Program-made: the position numbers and the translations under genes | IMG/VR virus record: IMGVR_UViG_3300017910_000452 | Location: 1 to 28,588 of that record | Length of the DNA stretch: 28,588 nt | Direction: 5' to 3' (one strand) | Origin: a virus | Lineage: Duplodnaviria > Caudoviricetes | Part shown: positions 14,934-24,006 of the stretch, piece after piece | Layout: every line of letters begins with the position of its first letter | Position numbering within the stretch: the stretch's first letter is position 1 | The notes under the pieces: model-generated | Seen by the model: only the letters and a program-made list of their open reading frames with translations | Database searches by the model: none | Told to the model about the DNA's origin: nothing

Positions 14934-15538
14934 TGAAAAGCGTTTTTGATTTTATAGTTATACCAGACGGAAAAAGGTATAACAATGAAGTTGATATAAA
15001 CGGCGATAAACTTATAGTTAATTCTAGCATAGAAAACTTTAAGCTTATAAACAGAACAGCAATGGTACTTACTGTGCCAACTGCTTTTGAGACGCCAATA
15101 CAAGAAGGTGATAAAGTAATTATACACCACAATGTATTTAGAAGATATTATAACCATCAAGGTAAAGAAGTTGATAGTAGTAAAACATTTGACGATAATA
15201 GGTACTTATGTCAATACGATCAAATATATCTTTACAAACGTATGGTAAAATGGTTACCAGTTCGTGATCATTGTTTTATTATACCGATAAAAAATAATGA
15301 CGCTTGGTCCCAAGAACCAGAGCAAAAGAATAAAGGTATAGTAAAAATAGGTAATAAAACCTTAGAGTCACTTGGTATATACGAGGGTGATTTAGTTGGT
15401 TTTAAATCAAATAGAGAGTTTGAGTTTATTATAGATAAACAAAGACTATATTGTATGCAATCAAATGATATTTTAGTTAAGTATGAGTTCAAAGGAGACG
15501 AGGAAGAATATAATCCAAGCTGGGCGAAAAGCAGTTGA
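14933..15538 (+). CDS. Tandem GroES-like protein
   Basis: Both halves carry a GroES-like pattern: 'A.V..VP....I.EGDKV', and 'PVRDHCFI.P...KGIV..G....GI.EGD.V.F....E.EF.ID...LY.M...DIL'. Confidence 0.65.
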   Translation: MKSVFDFIVIPDGKRYNNEVDINGDKLIVNSSIENFKLINRTAMVLTVPTAFETPIQEGDKVIIHHNVFRRYYNHQGKEVDSSKTFDDNRYLCQYDQIYLYKRMVKWLPVRDHCFIIPIKNNDAWSQEPEQKNKGIVKIGNKTLESLGIYEGDLVGFKSNREFEFIIDKQRLYCMQSNDILVKYEFKGDEEEYNPSWAKSS

Positions 15539-15758
15539 GGAACTTATTAAAGTTGCTGAAGAAAAAATTATCACTAATACTGAAGATGACGTTTCTGCAG
15601 ATAGACTTAAAAATGCAGCTGCAACTAAAAAGCTTGCTATATTTGACGCGTTTGAAATATTAGCTAGAATAGAAGAAGAAAAAACAATGCTTGAAGATAA
15701 ACCTCAAAACACTAAAGAAAAAAGTTTTAAAGGTTTTGCTGAAGGCAGATCAAGATAA
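15483..15758 (+). CDS. Putative terminase small subunit
   Basis: Small helical protein coupled by TAATG to terL. The call rests on position only. Confidence 0.45.
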   Translation: MSSKETRKNIIQAGRKAVEELIKVAEEKIITNTEDDVSADRLKNAAATKKLAIFDAFEILARIEEEKTMLEDKPQNTKEKSFKGFAEGRSR

Positions 15759-17983
15759 TGTACGAACAGTCTTTAGTAAAAGTAATAAAAGACCACATTA
15801 AGCCTAAAGTTTTAAAAAGAAATAATAGGTATAAAAAATGGGAGTATGGTTACGACGTTGAAAATGACGTTGTTGTTATTAGTAAAGACGGTACAATAGG
15901 TGATGTGATTGAAATACAAAACCTTAAAATAGCTTTACCAGCTATACCTGATAATGTTTATGCTGCGTCTGATAAAATAGAAGATCAACGCTGGACTAAA
16001 TCAGAATACCCTAAACCATTAGCTAAAATTAAAAGTGTATTTGACTGGGAAAGATACCCGGTTAATTTTAAAGAAGAATGGTACGATTATATCGACGAAG
16101 AGTTTAAAAGACGTGAAGAAGGATATTGGTTCTATAATAGAGGCGTGGCTACTTACATTACTGGTTCTCACTATATGTTCTTGCAGTGGAGCAAAATTGA
16201 CGTTGGTGCCGCAGATTACAGAGAGTCAAATAGGCTTTTCTTTATATTCTGGGAAGCATGTAAAGCCGACCAGCGATGTTATGGTATGTGCTACCTCAAA
16301 AACAGACGCTCTGGTTTTTCATTCATGGCATCATCAGAACTTGTGCATCAAGCAACAATATCTTCCGACTCACGCTTTGGGATATTATCAAAATCAGGGG
16401 CTGACGCTAAAAAAATGTTTACCGACAAAGTTGTACCCATATCAGTCAACTATCCGTTCTTTTTCAAACCCATACAAGATGGTATGGACAGACCAAAGAC
16501 GGAGCTCGCCTACAGGGTACCAGCGTCAAAACTCACGAGGCGTAAACTCGACCAAGGCGAAACGCCAGAGGAACTCGACGGTCTCGACACAACGATCGAC
16601 TGGAAGAACACAGGTGACAACTCGTATGACGGTGAGAAACTCAAACTTCTCGCCCACGACGAATCAGGTAAGTGGGAGCGTCCGGATAACATTTTAAATA
16701 ACTGGCGAGTTACAAAAACAACATTAAGATTAGGTAGTAAAGTTGTTGGTAAGTGTATGATGGGCTCAACAAGCAACGCTCTTGATAAAGGTGGCGATAA
16801 CTTTAAAAAATTATATTATGCATCAGACGTCACACAAAGAAACCGCAATGGACAGACTAGCTCGGGATTATATAGTTTGTTCATACCTATGGAATGGAAC
16901 TACGAAGGATTCATCGATTCTTATGGCGTACCTGTATTCGACTCACCGAAAGACGCAGTTAAAGATGCGCAGGGTGACTTAATTACAACTGGCGTTATAG
17001 AACATTGGGAAAACGAAGTTGATGGTCTTAAAGATGATCAGGACAGTTTAAATGAATATTATCGTCAGTTTCCTCGTACAGAGAAACATGCATTTAGAGA
17101 TGAAGCAAAATTATCTTTATTTAATCTAACTAAGATTTACGAGCAAATAGATCATAATGAAGATATGAAAAACAAAACATCAGTCACAAAAGGTAACTTT
17201 CAATGGACTGGTGGTATTAAAGATACAACTGTAAATTTTGTACCTGATAATAACGGTAGATTTTTAGTTTCATGGATTCCACCTATAAATCTACAAAATC
17301 GTGTAATAATAAAAAATGGAGTGAAGTTTCCAGGTAATGATCACGTAGGAGCTTTTGGTTGTGATAGTTACGATATATCTGGTACAGTAGATAAACGCGG
17401 TTCAAAAGGATCGTTACACGGTTTAACTAAATTCAGCATGGAGCAAGCTCCTTACAATATGTTCTTTTTAGAATATATATCAAGACCTCCAACAGCTGAG
17501 ATATTCTTTGAAGATGTTTTGATGGCATTGCATTTTTATGGCATGCCAATACTTGCAGAGAATAACAAACCTCGACTATTGTATTATTTAAAACGTAGAG
17601 GTTATAGAAAATTTTCAATGAACAGACCAGATAAAATATACAATAAACTGTCTGTTGCAGAAAGAGAAATAGGTGGTATACCTAATTCAAGTGAAGATAT
17701 TAAGCAAGCTCACGCCGCTGCTATAGAATCATATATAGAAAACCACGTGGGTTTAAATGAAAATGGATATGGTGATATGTATTTTCAAAGAACATTAGAA
17801 GACTGGGCAAAGTTTAACATAAACAATAGAACAAAGTTTGATGCAACGATTAGTTCTGGCTTAGCTATAATGGCATGTAATAAAAATAAATACACACCAG
17901 TAAACATACAACAAAGAGATCCAGTTAACATATCGTTTAAGAAATATGATAACACAGGTTACATTTCAAAAATAATACAATAG
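15758..17983 (+). CDS. terL: Terminase large subunit
   Basis: Walker A-like KNRRSGFS, Walker B LLAHDE, motif III GSTSN, nuclease FGCDSYD and a C-terminal D. It precedes the portal gene. Confidence 0.9.
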   Translation: MYEQSLVKVIKDHIKPKVLKRNNRYKKWEYGYDVENDVVVISKDGTIGDVIEIQNLKIALPAIPDNVYAASDKIEDQRWTKSEYPKPLAKIKSVFDWERYPVNFKEEWYDYIDEEFKRREEGYWFYNRGVATYITGSHYMFLQWSKIDVGAADYRESNRLFFIFWEACKADQRCYGMCYLKNRRSGFSFMASSELVHQATISSDSRFGILSKSGADAKKMFTDKVVPISVNYPFFFKPIQDGMDRPKTELAYRVPASKLTRRKLDQGETPEELDGLDTTIDWKNTGDNSYDGEKLKLLAHDESGKWERPDNILNNWRVTKTTLRLGSKVVGKCMMGSTSNALDKGGDNFKKLYYASDVTQRNRNGQTSSGLYSLFIPMEWNYEGFIDSYGVPVFDSPKDAVKDAQGDLITTGVIEHWENEVDGLKDDQDSLNEYYRQFPRTEKHAFRDEAKLSLFNLTKIYEQIDHNEDMKNKTSVTKGNFQWTGGIKDTTVNFVPDNNGRFLVSWIPPINLQNRVIIKNGVKFPGNDHVGAFGCDSYDISGTVDKRGSKGSLHGLTKFSMEQAPYNMFFLEYISRPPTAEIFFEDVLMALHFYGMPILAENNKPRLLYYLKRRGYRKFSMNRPDKIYNKLSVAEREIGGIPNSSEDIKQAHAAAIESYIENHVGLNENGYGDMYFQRTLEDWAKFNINNRTKFDATISSGLAIMACNKNKYTPVNIQQRDPVNISFKKYDNTGYISKIIQ
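16113..16697 (+). CDS. Candidate overprinted lipoprotein in the +1 frame of terL
   Basis: Open frame 16035-16697. GTG at 16113 gives MKKDIGSIIEAWLLTLLVLTICSC. terL codon usage shifts over the overlap. Confidence 0.4.
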   Translation: MKKDIGSIIEAWLLTLLVLTICSCSGAKLTLVPQITESQIGFSLYSGKHVKPTSDVMVCATSKTDALVFHSWHHQNLCIKQQYLPTHALGYYQNQGLTLKKCLPTKLYPYQSTIRSFSNPYKMVWTDQRRSSPTGYQRQNSRGVNSTKAKRQRNSTVSTQRSTGRTQVTTRMTVRNSNFSPTTNQVSGSVRITF

Positions 17984-20401
17984 ATGGGTTATACTAATGT
18001 GAATAGTTCCTTTCCGAGTCAGGTGGTACCAGATGCAGAAAAGAATACTTTGGATTACGGATTCCAAGTAGGTAGAGCTATTGAAAACGAATGGTTTAGA
18101 GGTGATCGTGGCTTAGGTGCTGGTGGTCGTTTTGGAAACAACTGGCAAGATTTTCATAGATTAAGATTATATGCTAGAGGTGAGCAGTCTGTAGCTAAAT
18201 ACAAAGATGAATTATCTATCAACGGTGATTTGTCTTATTTAAATTTAGACTGGAAACCAGTAGCTGTATTATCTAAATTTGTAGATATTGTGGTAAATGG
18301 TATGACCGACAAAGGTTATATTATAAAATCATTTGCTTCTGATCCTTACGCTATTAAACAAAGAACTGACTTTGCTTTTAATGCTATACGTGATATCGAA
18401 AACAGAACAATGATAGATCAATTAAACGAAGCCACTGGTCATAATTTTTATGCTACGCCAGATCCTGCTAGTTTACCGGAAAGTCAAGAAGAGTTAGATC
18501 TTTATCTTCAGTTAAATTATAAACAATCTATAGAAATAGCAGAAGAAGAAGTTATATCAAATGTTTTGGAATACAACAGATATGATGAGATTAAAAAACA
18601 ACTAGCTTACGATTTAGTTGTGTTAGGTATAAGCTGTGTTAAAACTGATTTTAATTTAGCTAATGGAGTAAAAGTAAATTATGTAGATCCTGCTAATTTA
18701 GTTTATTCTTACACAGAAGATCCTAACTTTGAGGATATATATTACGTAGGTGAAGTTAAGAGTGTAAGCTTAGAAGAAGTTAAAAAACAATTTCCATATT
18801 TAACTGACGCTGAGTTAGAAGAAATACAAAAATATCCAGGTGATTCTAATTACACTAGAAATTATTGGGGTCAAGACGACAATTATAACAATGTACAAGT
18901 TTTATATTTTGAATACAAGACATACAATAATCAAGTATTTAAAATAAAACAAACAGATAAAGGTTTAGAAAAAGCTTTAGAAAAACCAGGTGATTTCAAT
19001 CCGCCTGAAAATGAAAACTTTGAAAGAGTACATAGAGCTATAGAAGTTTTATACAGTGGAGCTAAAATACTTGGGCAAGAAAAAATGCTTAAATGGCAGC
19101 TTGCTGAAAACATGACAAGGCCATATAGCGATCAAACTAAAGTCAAAATGAATTACGCTATATCTGCTCCTCGAATGTACAAGGGTAGAATAGAAAGTAT
19201 TGTAAGTAAATGTATTGGCTTTGCTGATATGATTCAGCTTACCCACTTAAAAATACAGCAAGTTCTAGCAAGAATGGTACCAGACGGTGTGTTTGTAGAT
19301 GTTGACGGTTTATCAGAAGTTGATTTAGGTAATGGTACTAATTACAATCCTCAGGAAGCTTTAAATATGTACTTCCAAACTGGTAGTATTGTTGGTAGAT
19401 CAAAAACAATAGACGGTGATTTAAATCCAGGTAAAGTACCTATACAAGAATTACAATCATCATCAGGTATACAAAAAGTACAAGCGTTAATACAAACGTA
19501 TCAGTATTATTTACAAATGATACGTGATGTGACGGGTCTTAATGAAGCTCGCGATGGTAGTCAACCAGATAAAAACGCTTTAGTAGGATTACAGAAACTA
19601 GCTGCAGCTGCATCAAATACTGCAACAAAACACGTGTTACAGTCATTAATGTATTTAAGTGTAAGAGTAGCAGAAAATATAAGTTTAAGAGTTGCAGATA
19701 TGTTAGGTTTCCCACTAACAAAACAAGCTTTGTTAAATTCAATAAATCAATTTAACACATCGACGCTTGAGGAAATTGAAAAGCTAAACATGCATGAGTT
19801 TGGTATATTTTTAGAATTAGAGCCTGAACAGGAAGATAAAGAATTTTTAGAGAAAAACATACAAATAGCTTTACAAACTCAAACTATAGGTCTTGAAGAT
19901 GCTATTGATATTAGAGAAATTAAAAATATAAAATTAGCTAATCAATATTTAAAGTACAGACAAAAAGAAAGAGCTAAAGAACAGCAAGCTGCGCAACAAG
20001 CTAATATTGCTGCTCAAGCTCAAGCACAAGCTCAAGCTGCAGAACAAACAGCATTAGCTGAAACTCAAAAACAACAAGTTCTTACAGAGCAAAAAATGCA
20101 GTTAGAACAAGCTAAATCTCAGTTTGAAATACAAAAAATGGAGATGGAAGCTAATATAAAACGTCAGTTAATGGAACAAGAGTTTGGCTATAATATACAA
20201 TTAGCCCAAGCTAAAGCTAGTGCAGAGACATTAAGAGAGAAAGAAATAGAAGATCGTAAAGATCAACGGGCTAAAATTATTGGTACGCAGCAATCTCAAA
20301 TGATATCTCAAAGACAAAACGATGAGTTGCCAAAAAATTTTGAATCTGCTGGTAATGACGCGCTTGGAGGATTTGGACTTGAACAGTTTGAACCTCGTTA
20401 A
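17984..20401 (+). CDS. Portal protein
   Basis: 805 aa directly after terL, with a Q/A-rich coiled-coil C-terminus typical of P22-like portals. Confidence 0.85.
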   Translation: MGYTNVNSSFPSQVVPDAEKNTLDYGFQVGRAIENEWFRGDRGLGAGGRFGNNWQDFHRLRLYARGEQSVAKYKDELSINGDLSYLNLDWKPVAVLSKFVDIVVNGMTDKGYIIKSFASDPYAIKQRTDFAFNAIRDIENRTMIDQLNEATGHNFYATPDPASLPESQEELDLYLQLNYKQSIEIAEEEVISNVLEYNRYDEIKKQLAYDLVVLGISCVKTDFNLANGVKVNYVDPANLVYSYTEDPNFEDIYYVGEVKSVSLEEVKKQFPYLTDAELEEIQKYPGDSNYTRNYWGQDDNYNNVQVLYFEYKTYNNQVFKIKQTDKGLEKALEKPGDFNPPENENFERVHRAIEVLYSGAKILGQEKMLKWQLAENMTRPYSDQTKVKMNYAISAPRMYKGRIESIVSKCIGFADMIQLTHLKIQQVLARMVPDGVFVDVDGLSEVDLGNGTNYNPQEALNMYFQTGSIVGRSKTIDGDLNPGKVPIQELQSSSGIQKVQALIQTYQYYLQMIRDVTGLNEARDGSQPDKNALVGLQKLAAAASNTATKHVLQSLMYLSVRVAENISLRVADMLGFPLTKQALLNSINQFNTSTLEEIEKLNMHEFGIFLELEPEQEDKEFLEKNIQIALQTQTIGLEDAIDIREIKNIKLANQYLKYRQKERAKEQQAAQQANIAAQAQAQAQAAEQTALAETQKQQVLTEQKMQLEQAKSQFEIQKMEMEANIKRQLMEQEFGYNIQLAQAKASAETLREKEIEDRKDQRAKIIGTQQSQMISQRQNDELPKNFESAGNDALGGFGLEQFEPR

Positions 20402-20434
20402 AAAAAACTTTTAATTATTTAATTATATTATATT

Positions 20435-21628
20435 ATGTCAGAAGAAGTAAAACAAGAAGGTGAGTTTAAAGTTAAAAAACCATCTAAGCCTAAAAATTTA
20501 GGTAAAAAAGAAGAGGTAACTAAAGTTGAAATACCTAATACAGCTGCAGAAGCTCAAGGTGAAGTAGTGCCTGAAGTAACTAAAGTTGAAATAAAAGAAG
20601 AAGATGCCGTTCAAACACAAGAGACAAATGATAGCGATGTTATTGTCGAAAAATCCGAAGACAGTAGCGACAGCCAAGAAGTGGTTGAAGAAGTACGGGA
20701 AACCGAAGAGAAGTTAGAAACACCTTTGACGTTAGTTGAAGAAACTGAAGTTAATGAACCAGTTGAAGTTTCTAAACAGCCCGCACAGCAGGCAGAGCAA
20801 ACAAAACAGTTACCTGAAAATATTGAAAAGCTAGTTTCGTTTATGGAAGAAACTGGTGGTACAGTCGAAGATTATGTTCGGCTTAATGCAGACTACACTA
20901 ACGTAGACAACAGTACTTTAGTGAGAGAATATTATAAACAAACACGACCGCATCTTGATTATGACGACGTAAGTCTTTTGTTAGAGGATTTTAGTTATGA
21001 TGAAGAGTTAGACGACGAAAAAGAAATACGCAAAAAGAAAATTGCGTTTAAAGAAGAAGTTGGAAAAGCCAAAAACTTTTTAGAAAGCTTAAAAGGTAAA
21101 TATTACGACGAGATCAAGTTGAGACCGGGCGTAACCCAAGAGCAGCAAAAGGCTATGGATTTTTTCAATCGATATAATGAAGAGCAACAACAGGCAAAGC
21201 AAATTAATCAAGATTTTTTAAATAAAACGTCTGATTATTTTTCAAATGATTTCAAAGGTTTTGATTTCAATTTAAATGAAAAAAAATTTAGATATAACGT
21301 AAAAAATGCTGATCAAGTTTCAAAAGAGCAGAACGATATTGGTAATTTCATTAAGATGTTCTTAAATGATAAAGGAGAAGTTATTGATACTCCAGGATAT
21401 CACAAAGCTATTTACGCCGCAAGAAACGCTGATACTATAGCTCAACATTTCTATGAACAAGGAAAAGCTGATGCTGTTAAAGAGGTCATGGCTAAGTCAA
21501 AAAACATTTCTACTGAACCAAGACAAACATCACAAGGCGAAGTATTTGTAAATGGATTAAAAGTTAAAGCTATTAGCGGTGTTGATTCTTCAAAACTTAA
21601 AGTTAAAAAAGTAACATTAAAAAACTAA
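20435..21628 (+). CDS. Capsid scaffolding protein
   Basis: Acidic disordered N-terminus and helical C-terminus, between the portal and capsid genes. Confidence 0.7.
   Translation: MSEEVKQEGEFKVKKPSKPKNLGKKEEVTKVEIPNTAAEAQGEVVPEVTKVEIKEEDAVQTQETNDSDVIVEKSEDSSDSQEVVEEVRETEEKLETPLTLVEETEVNEPVEVSKQPAQQAEQTKQLPENIEKLVSFMEETGGTVEDYVRLNADYTNVDNSTLVREYYKQTRPHLDYDDVSLLLEDFSYDEELDDEKEIRKKKIAFKEEVGKAKNFLESLKGKYYDEIKLRPGVTQEQQKAMDFFNRYNEEQQQAKQINQDFLNKTSDYFSNDFKGFDFNLNEKKFRYNVKNADQVSKEQNDIGNFIKMFLNDKGEVIDTPGYHKAIYAARNADTIAQHFYEQGKADAVKEVMAKSKNISTEPRQTSQGEVFVNGLKVKAISGVDSSKLKVKKVTLKN
20604..20717 (+). CDS. Candidate overprinted 37-aa basic protein (MPFKHKRQMIAMLLSKNPKTVATAKKWLKKYGKPKRS)
   Basis: +1 frame of the scaffold gene, with ATG after an A-rich run. 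It resembles small 'MPFKS..Q...P..A.KW..KYG' phage proteins I recall. Confidence 0.5.
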   Translation: MPFKHKRQMIAMLLSKNPKTVATAKKWLKKYGKPKRS

Positions 21629-21639
21629 ATTAATTAATT

Positions 21640-23097
21640 ATGGCTATTGATCCATTATTTGGGAGTATTGTCCCAAGTCAAAAACAACAATTGCTAGATA
21701 CAAACTTCCTTTCATTTAACGGAGGTGCTAATCCTGGCGATTCTGATACATTTGCGCAGCAGTATCTACCTGAGATCTATGAGCAAGAAGTAGAGCGATA
21801 CGGAAACCGTACGCTTTCTGGATTCTTACGTATGGTAGGTGCTGAAATGCCTATGACTTCTGATCAAGTTATTTGGTCTGAGCAAAACCGTTTGCATATT
21901 GCTTACGAAGGATGTACTAACAATGGTGCTACTAGTACTATTGGTATTCCTGTAGGTGCAGACGTTAAAAACGTAATTTCTGTAAATCAAACAGTTGTAC
22001 TATTAGACGGTGCTGGTGAAGAACTTACTGGTGTTGTAACATCATCTAACCTAACTACAGGTGATGTAGTTGTAGCTCCTTACACTGCTGCAGACACTAG
22101 CTCACTTGCTGCTACTGGTATAAAAATGTTTGTCTACGGCTCTGAGTATGCTAAAGGTTCATCTACACCTAACAACACCGCAACTGGTTTAGCTGACGGT
22201 TATGTAAGTGTTGATCCTTCATTTACTCAGTTTTCTAACTCACCAATCATTATCCGAAACAAATATGTTGTTTCTGGTTCTGATACAGCTCAAATTGGTT
22301 GGGTAGAAGTAGCTACAGAAGACGGAACATCTGGATATCTATGGTATCTAAAAGCTGAGTCTGAAACAAGACTACGTTTTGAGGATTACTTAGAAATGTC
22401 AGTTATTGAAGGTGAAAAAGCTGGTGCTGGTTCTGCTGCTGAAACAGCTGGATTTAAAGGTACAGAAGGTTTATTTGCTGCTATTCAAGATCGTGGTAAT
22501 GTAGAAGCTGGTTTTAACGCAGCTGCAAGCGCGTTAGGAGAGTTTGATGCTATTCTACGTAACCTAGATACACAAGGTGCTATTGAAGAAAACATGCTTT
22601 TCTTAAATCGTGAAACTTCACTAGGCTTTGATGATATGCTAGCTGCAGTAAACGCTGCTTACTCTGGTGGTACTTCTTATGGTATCTTCGAAAATTCAGA
22701 AGATATGGCATTGAATTTAGGTTTTAGCGGTTTCCGCAGAGGTTCTTATGACTTCTACAAAACTGACTGGAAATATCTAAACGATGCTTCTACAAGAGGT
22801 GGTATCGAGGACGGACTAATTCCTCCAGGATATGGCGTTAGCGCTATCGATGGAGTATTAATCCCAGCTGGTACATCAACTGTATACGATCAAATTCTTG
22901 GTACTAACATCCGTCGTCCATTCTTGCACGTACGATACAGAGCGTCACAAACTGACGATCGCCGTATGAAGTCTTGGTTGACTGGATCTGTTGGTGGTGC
23001 TTTCACAAGTGATCTTGATGCAATGGAAGTAAACTTCCTATCTGAAAGATGTCTTTGTGTACAAGGTGCTAACAACTTTGTATTGTTTACTAAGTAA
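21640..23097 (+). CDS. Major capsid protein
   Basis: 485 aa after the scaffold gene and followed by a hairpin terminator. Biased codons (GCT, GGT, TTC) suggest high expression. Confidence 0.85.
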   Translation: MAIDPLFGSIVPSQKQQLLDTNFLSFNGGANPGDSDTFAQQYLPEIYEQEVERYGNRTLSGFLRMVGAEMPMTSDQVIWSEQNRLHIAYEGCTNNGATSTIGIPVGADVKNVISVNQTVVLLDGAGEELTGVVTSSNLTTGDVVVAPYTAADTSSLAATGIKMFVYGSEYAKGSSTPNNTATGLADGYVSVDPSFTQFSNSPIIIRNKYVVSGSDTAQIGWVEVATEDGTSGYLWYLKAESETRLRFEDYLEMSVIEGEKAGAGSAAETAGFKGTEGLFAAIQDRGNVEAGFNAAASALGEFDAILRNLDTQGAIEENMLFLNRETSLGFDDMLAAVNAAYSGGTSYGIFENSEDMALNLGFSGFRRGSYDFYKTDWKYLNDASTRGGIEDGLIPPGYGVSAIDGVLIPAGTSTVYDQILGTNIRRPFLHVRYRASQTDDRRMKSWLTGSVGGAFTSDLDAMEVNFLSERCLCVQGANNFVLFTK

Positions 23098-23114
23098 GAT
23101 TATTTATGTAAATG

Positions 23115-23152
23115 TTGGGGGTCACAATACGTGACCTCCAATAATTTACTTT
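23115..23152 (+). terminator. Putative intrinsic terminator after the capsid gene
   Basis: 11-bp stem TTGGGGGTCAC/GTGACCTCCAA with a 5-nt loop and an imperfect T-rich tail. Confidence 0.65.
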
Positions 23153-23177
23153 ATTAACATTTTTATTATATTATATC

Positions 23178-23948
23178 ATGGCAAAAACAAAAGAAAAACC
23201 AACAGTAGAACAAGGTTGGGAAATAAAAGATAGAACATATCTTGTAACCGGTAAATATAAACCGCTAACATTGAGAATACCATCTAGGCATAGCGCTAAA
23301 ATCCCGCTACTATGGTATGACAATGAAACAAATACACAAAGAGAATTACGTTACGCTACAAATCAAAATTCACCATTTGTAGATGAACAAAAAGGTGAGG
23401 CTACATTAGGCACTATACTTTTTAAAGATGGCGCTTTAGTTGTACCAAAAGAAAAACAAGCGTTACAAAAAATATTATCTTTGTATCACCCTTATAAAGA
23501 CAAACGTTATAGAGAGTTTGATTCAGCTGTTCAAGCAGTTGACGAACTTGACGTAATGGAACTACAAATCGATGCGCTAAATGCTGCTCGTAGCATGGAT
23601 ATAGAACACTTAGAAGCTATTATGCGAGTTGAGGTTGGAAGTAAAGTAAATGAAATGTCATCTAAAGAATTAAAAAGAGATGCACTTATTTTCGCTAGAC
23701 AAAATCCAGCTTTGTTTATTGATCTCGCTAAAGATGAAAATGTTCAACTTAGAAACTTTGCAATATTAGCTACTGAAGCTAAAATTATAAATTTATCTCA
23801 AGATCAAAGATCATTTTCATGGGCGTCTAATGGTAAAAAACTTATGAATGTACCATTTGATGAAAATCCATATTCTGCTATGGCAGCTTTCTTTAAGACA
23901 GACGAAGGTGTAGAAGTCTTCAAGTCTATCGAGAAAAAGCTAAAATAA
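23178..23948 (+). CDS. Hypothetical protein of the head module
   Basis: 256-aa ORF after the capsid gene. Confidence 0.8.
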   Translation: MAKTKEKPTVEQGWEIKDRTYLVTGKYKPLTLRIPSRHSAKIPLLWYDNETNTQRELRYATNQNSPFVDEQKGEATLGTILFKDGALVVPKEKQALQKILSLYHPYKDKRYREFDSAVQAVDELDVMELQIDALNAARSMDIEHLEAIMRVEVGSKVNEMSSKELKRDALIFARQNPALFIDLAKDENVQLRNFAILATEAKIINLSQDQRSFSWASNGKKLMNVPFDENPYSAMAAFFKTDEGVEVFKSIEKKLK

Positions 23949-23959
23949 CATGTAACAAT

Positions 23960-23992
23960 AGTATAGGGCTCGTTCACTCGGGCCCTTATACT
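23960..23992 (+). terminator. Intergenic hairpin (terminator or processing site)
   Basis: AGGGCTCG-TTCACT-CGGGCCCT, extended by AGTAT/ATACT. No clear U-tract. Confidence 0.45.
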
Positions 23993-24006
23993 TAAAAAAA
24001 ATATAA

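Noticed and set aside
16782-16982. Second +1-frame ORF in terL
   Set aside because: Only 66 codons with a TTG start and no recognisable features. It is worth rechecking only if the upstream overprinted ORF is confirmed.
5140-23970. A shared late promoter of form GTRA...TATA at ~5142, ~7373, ~13103 and ~23951
   Set aside because: Too short and AT-rich to distinguish from background by eye; spacing is inconsistent.
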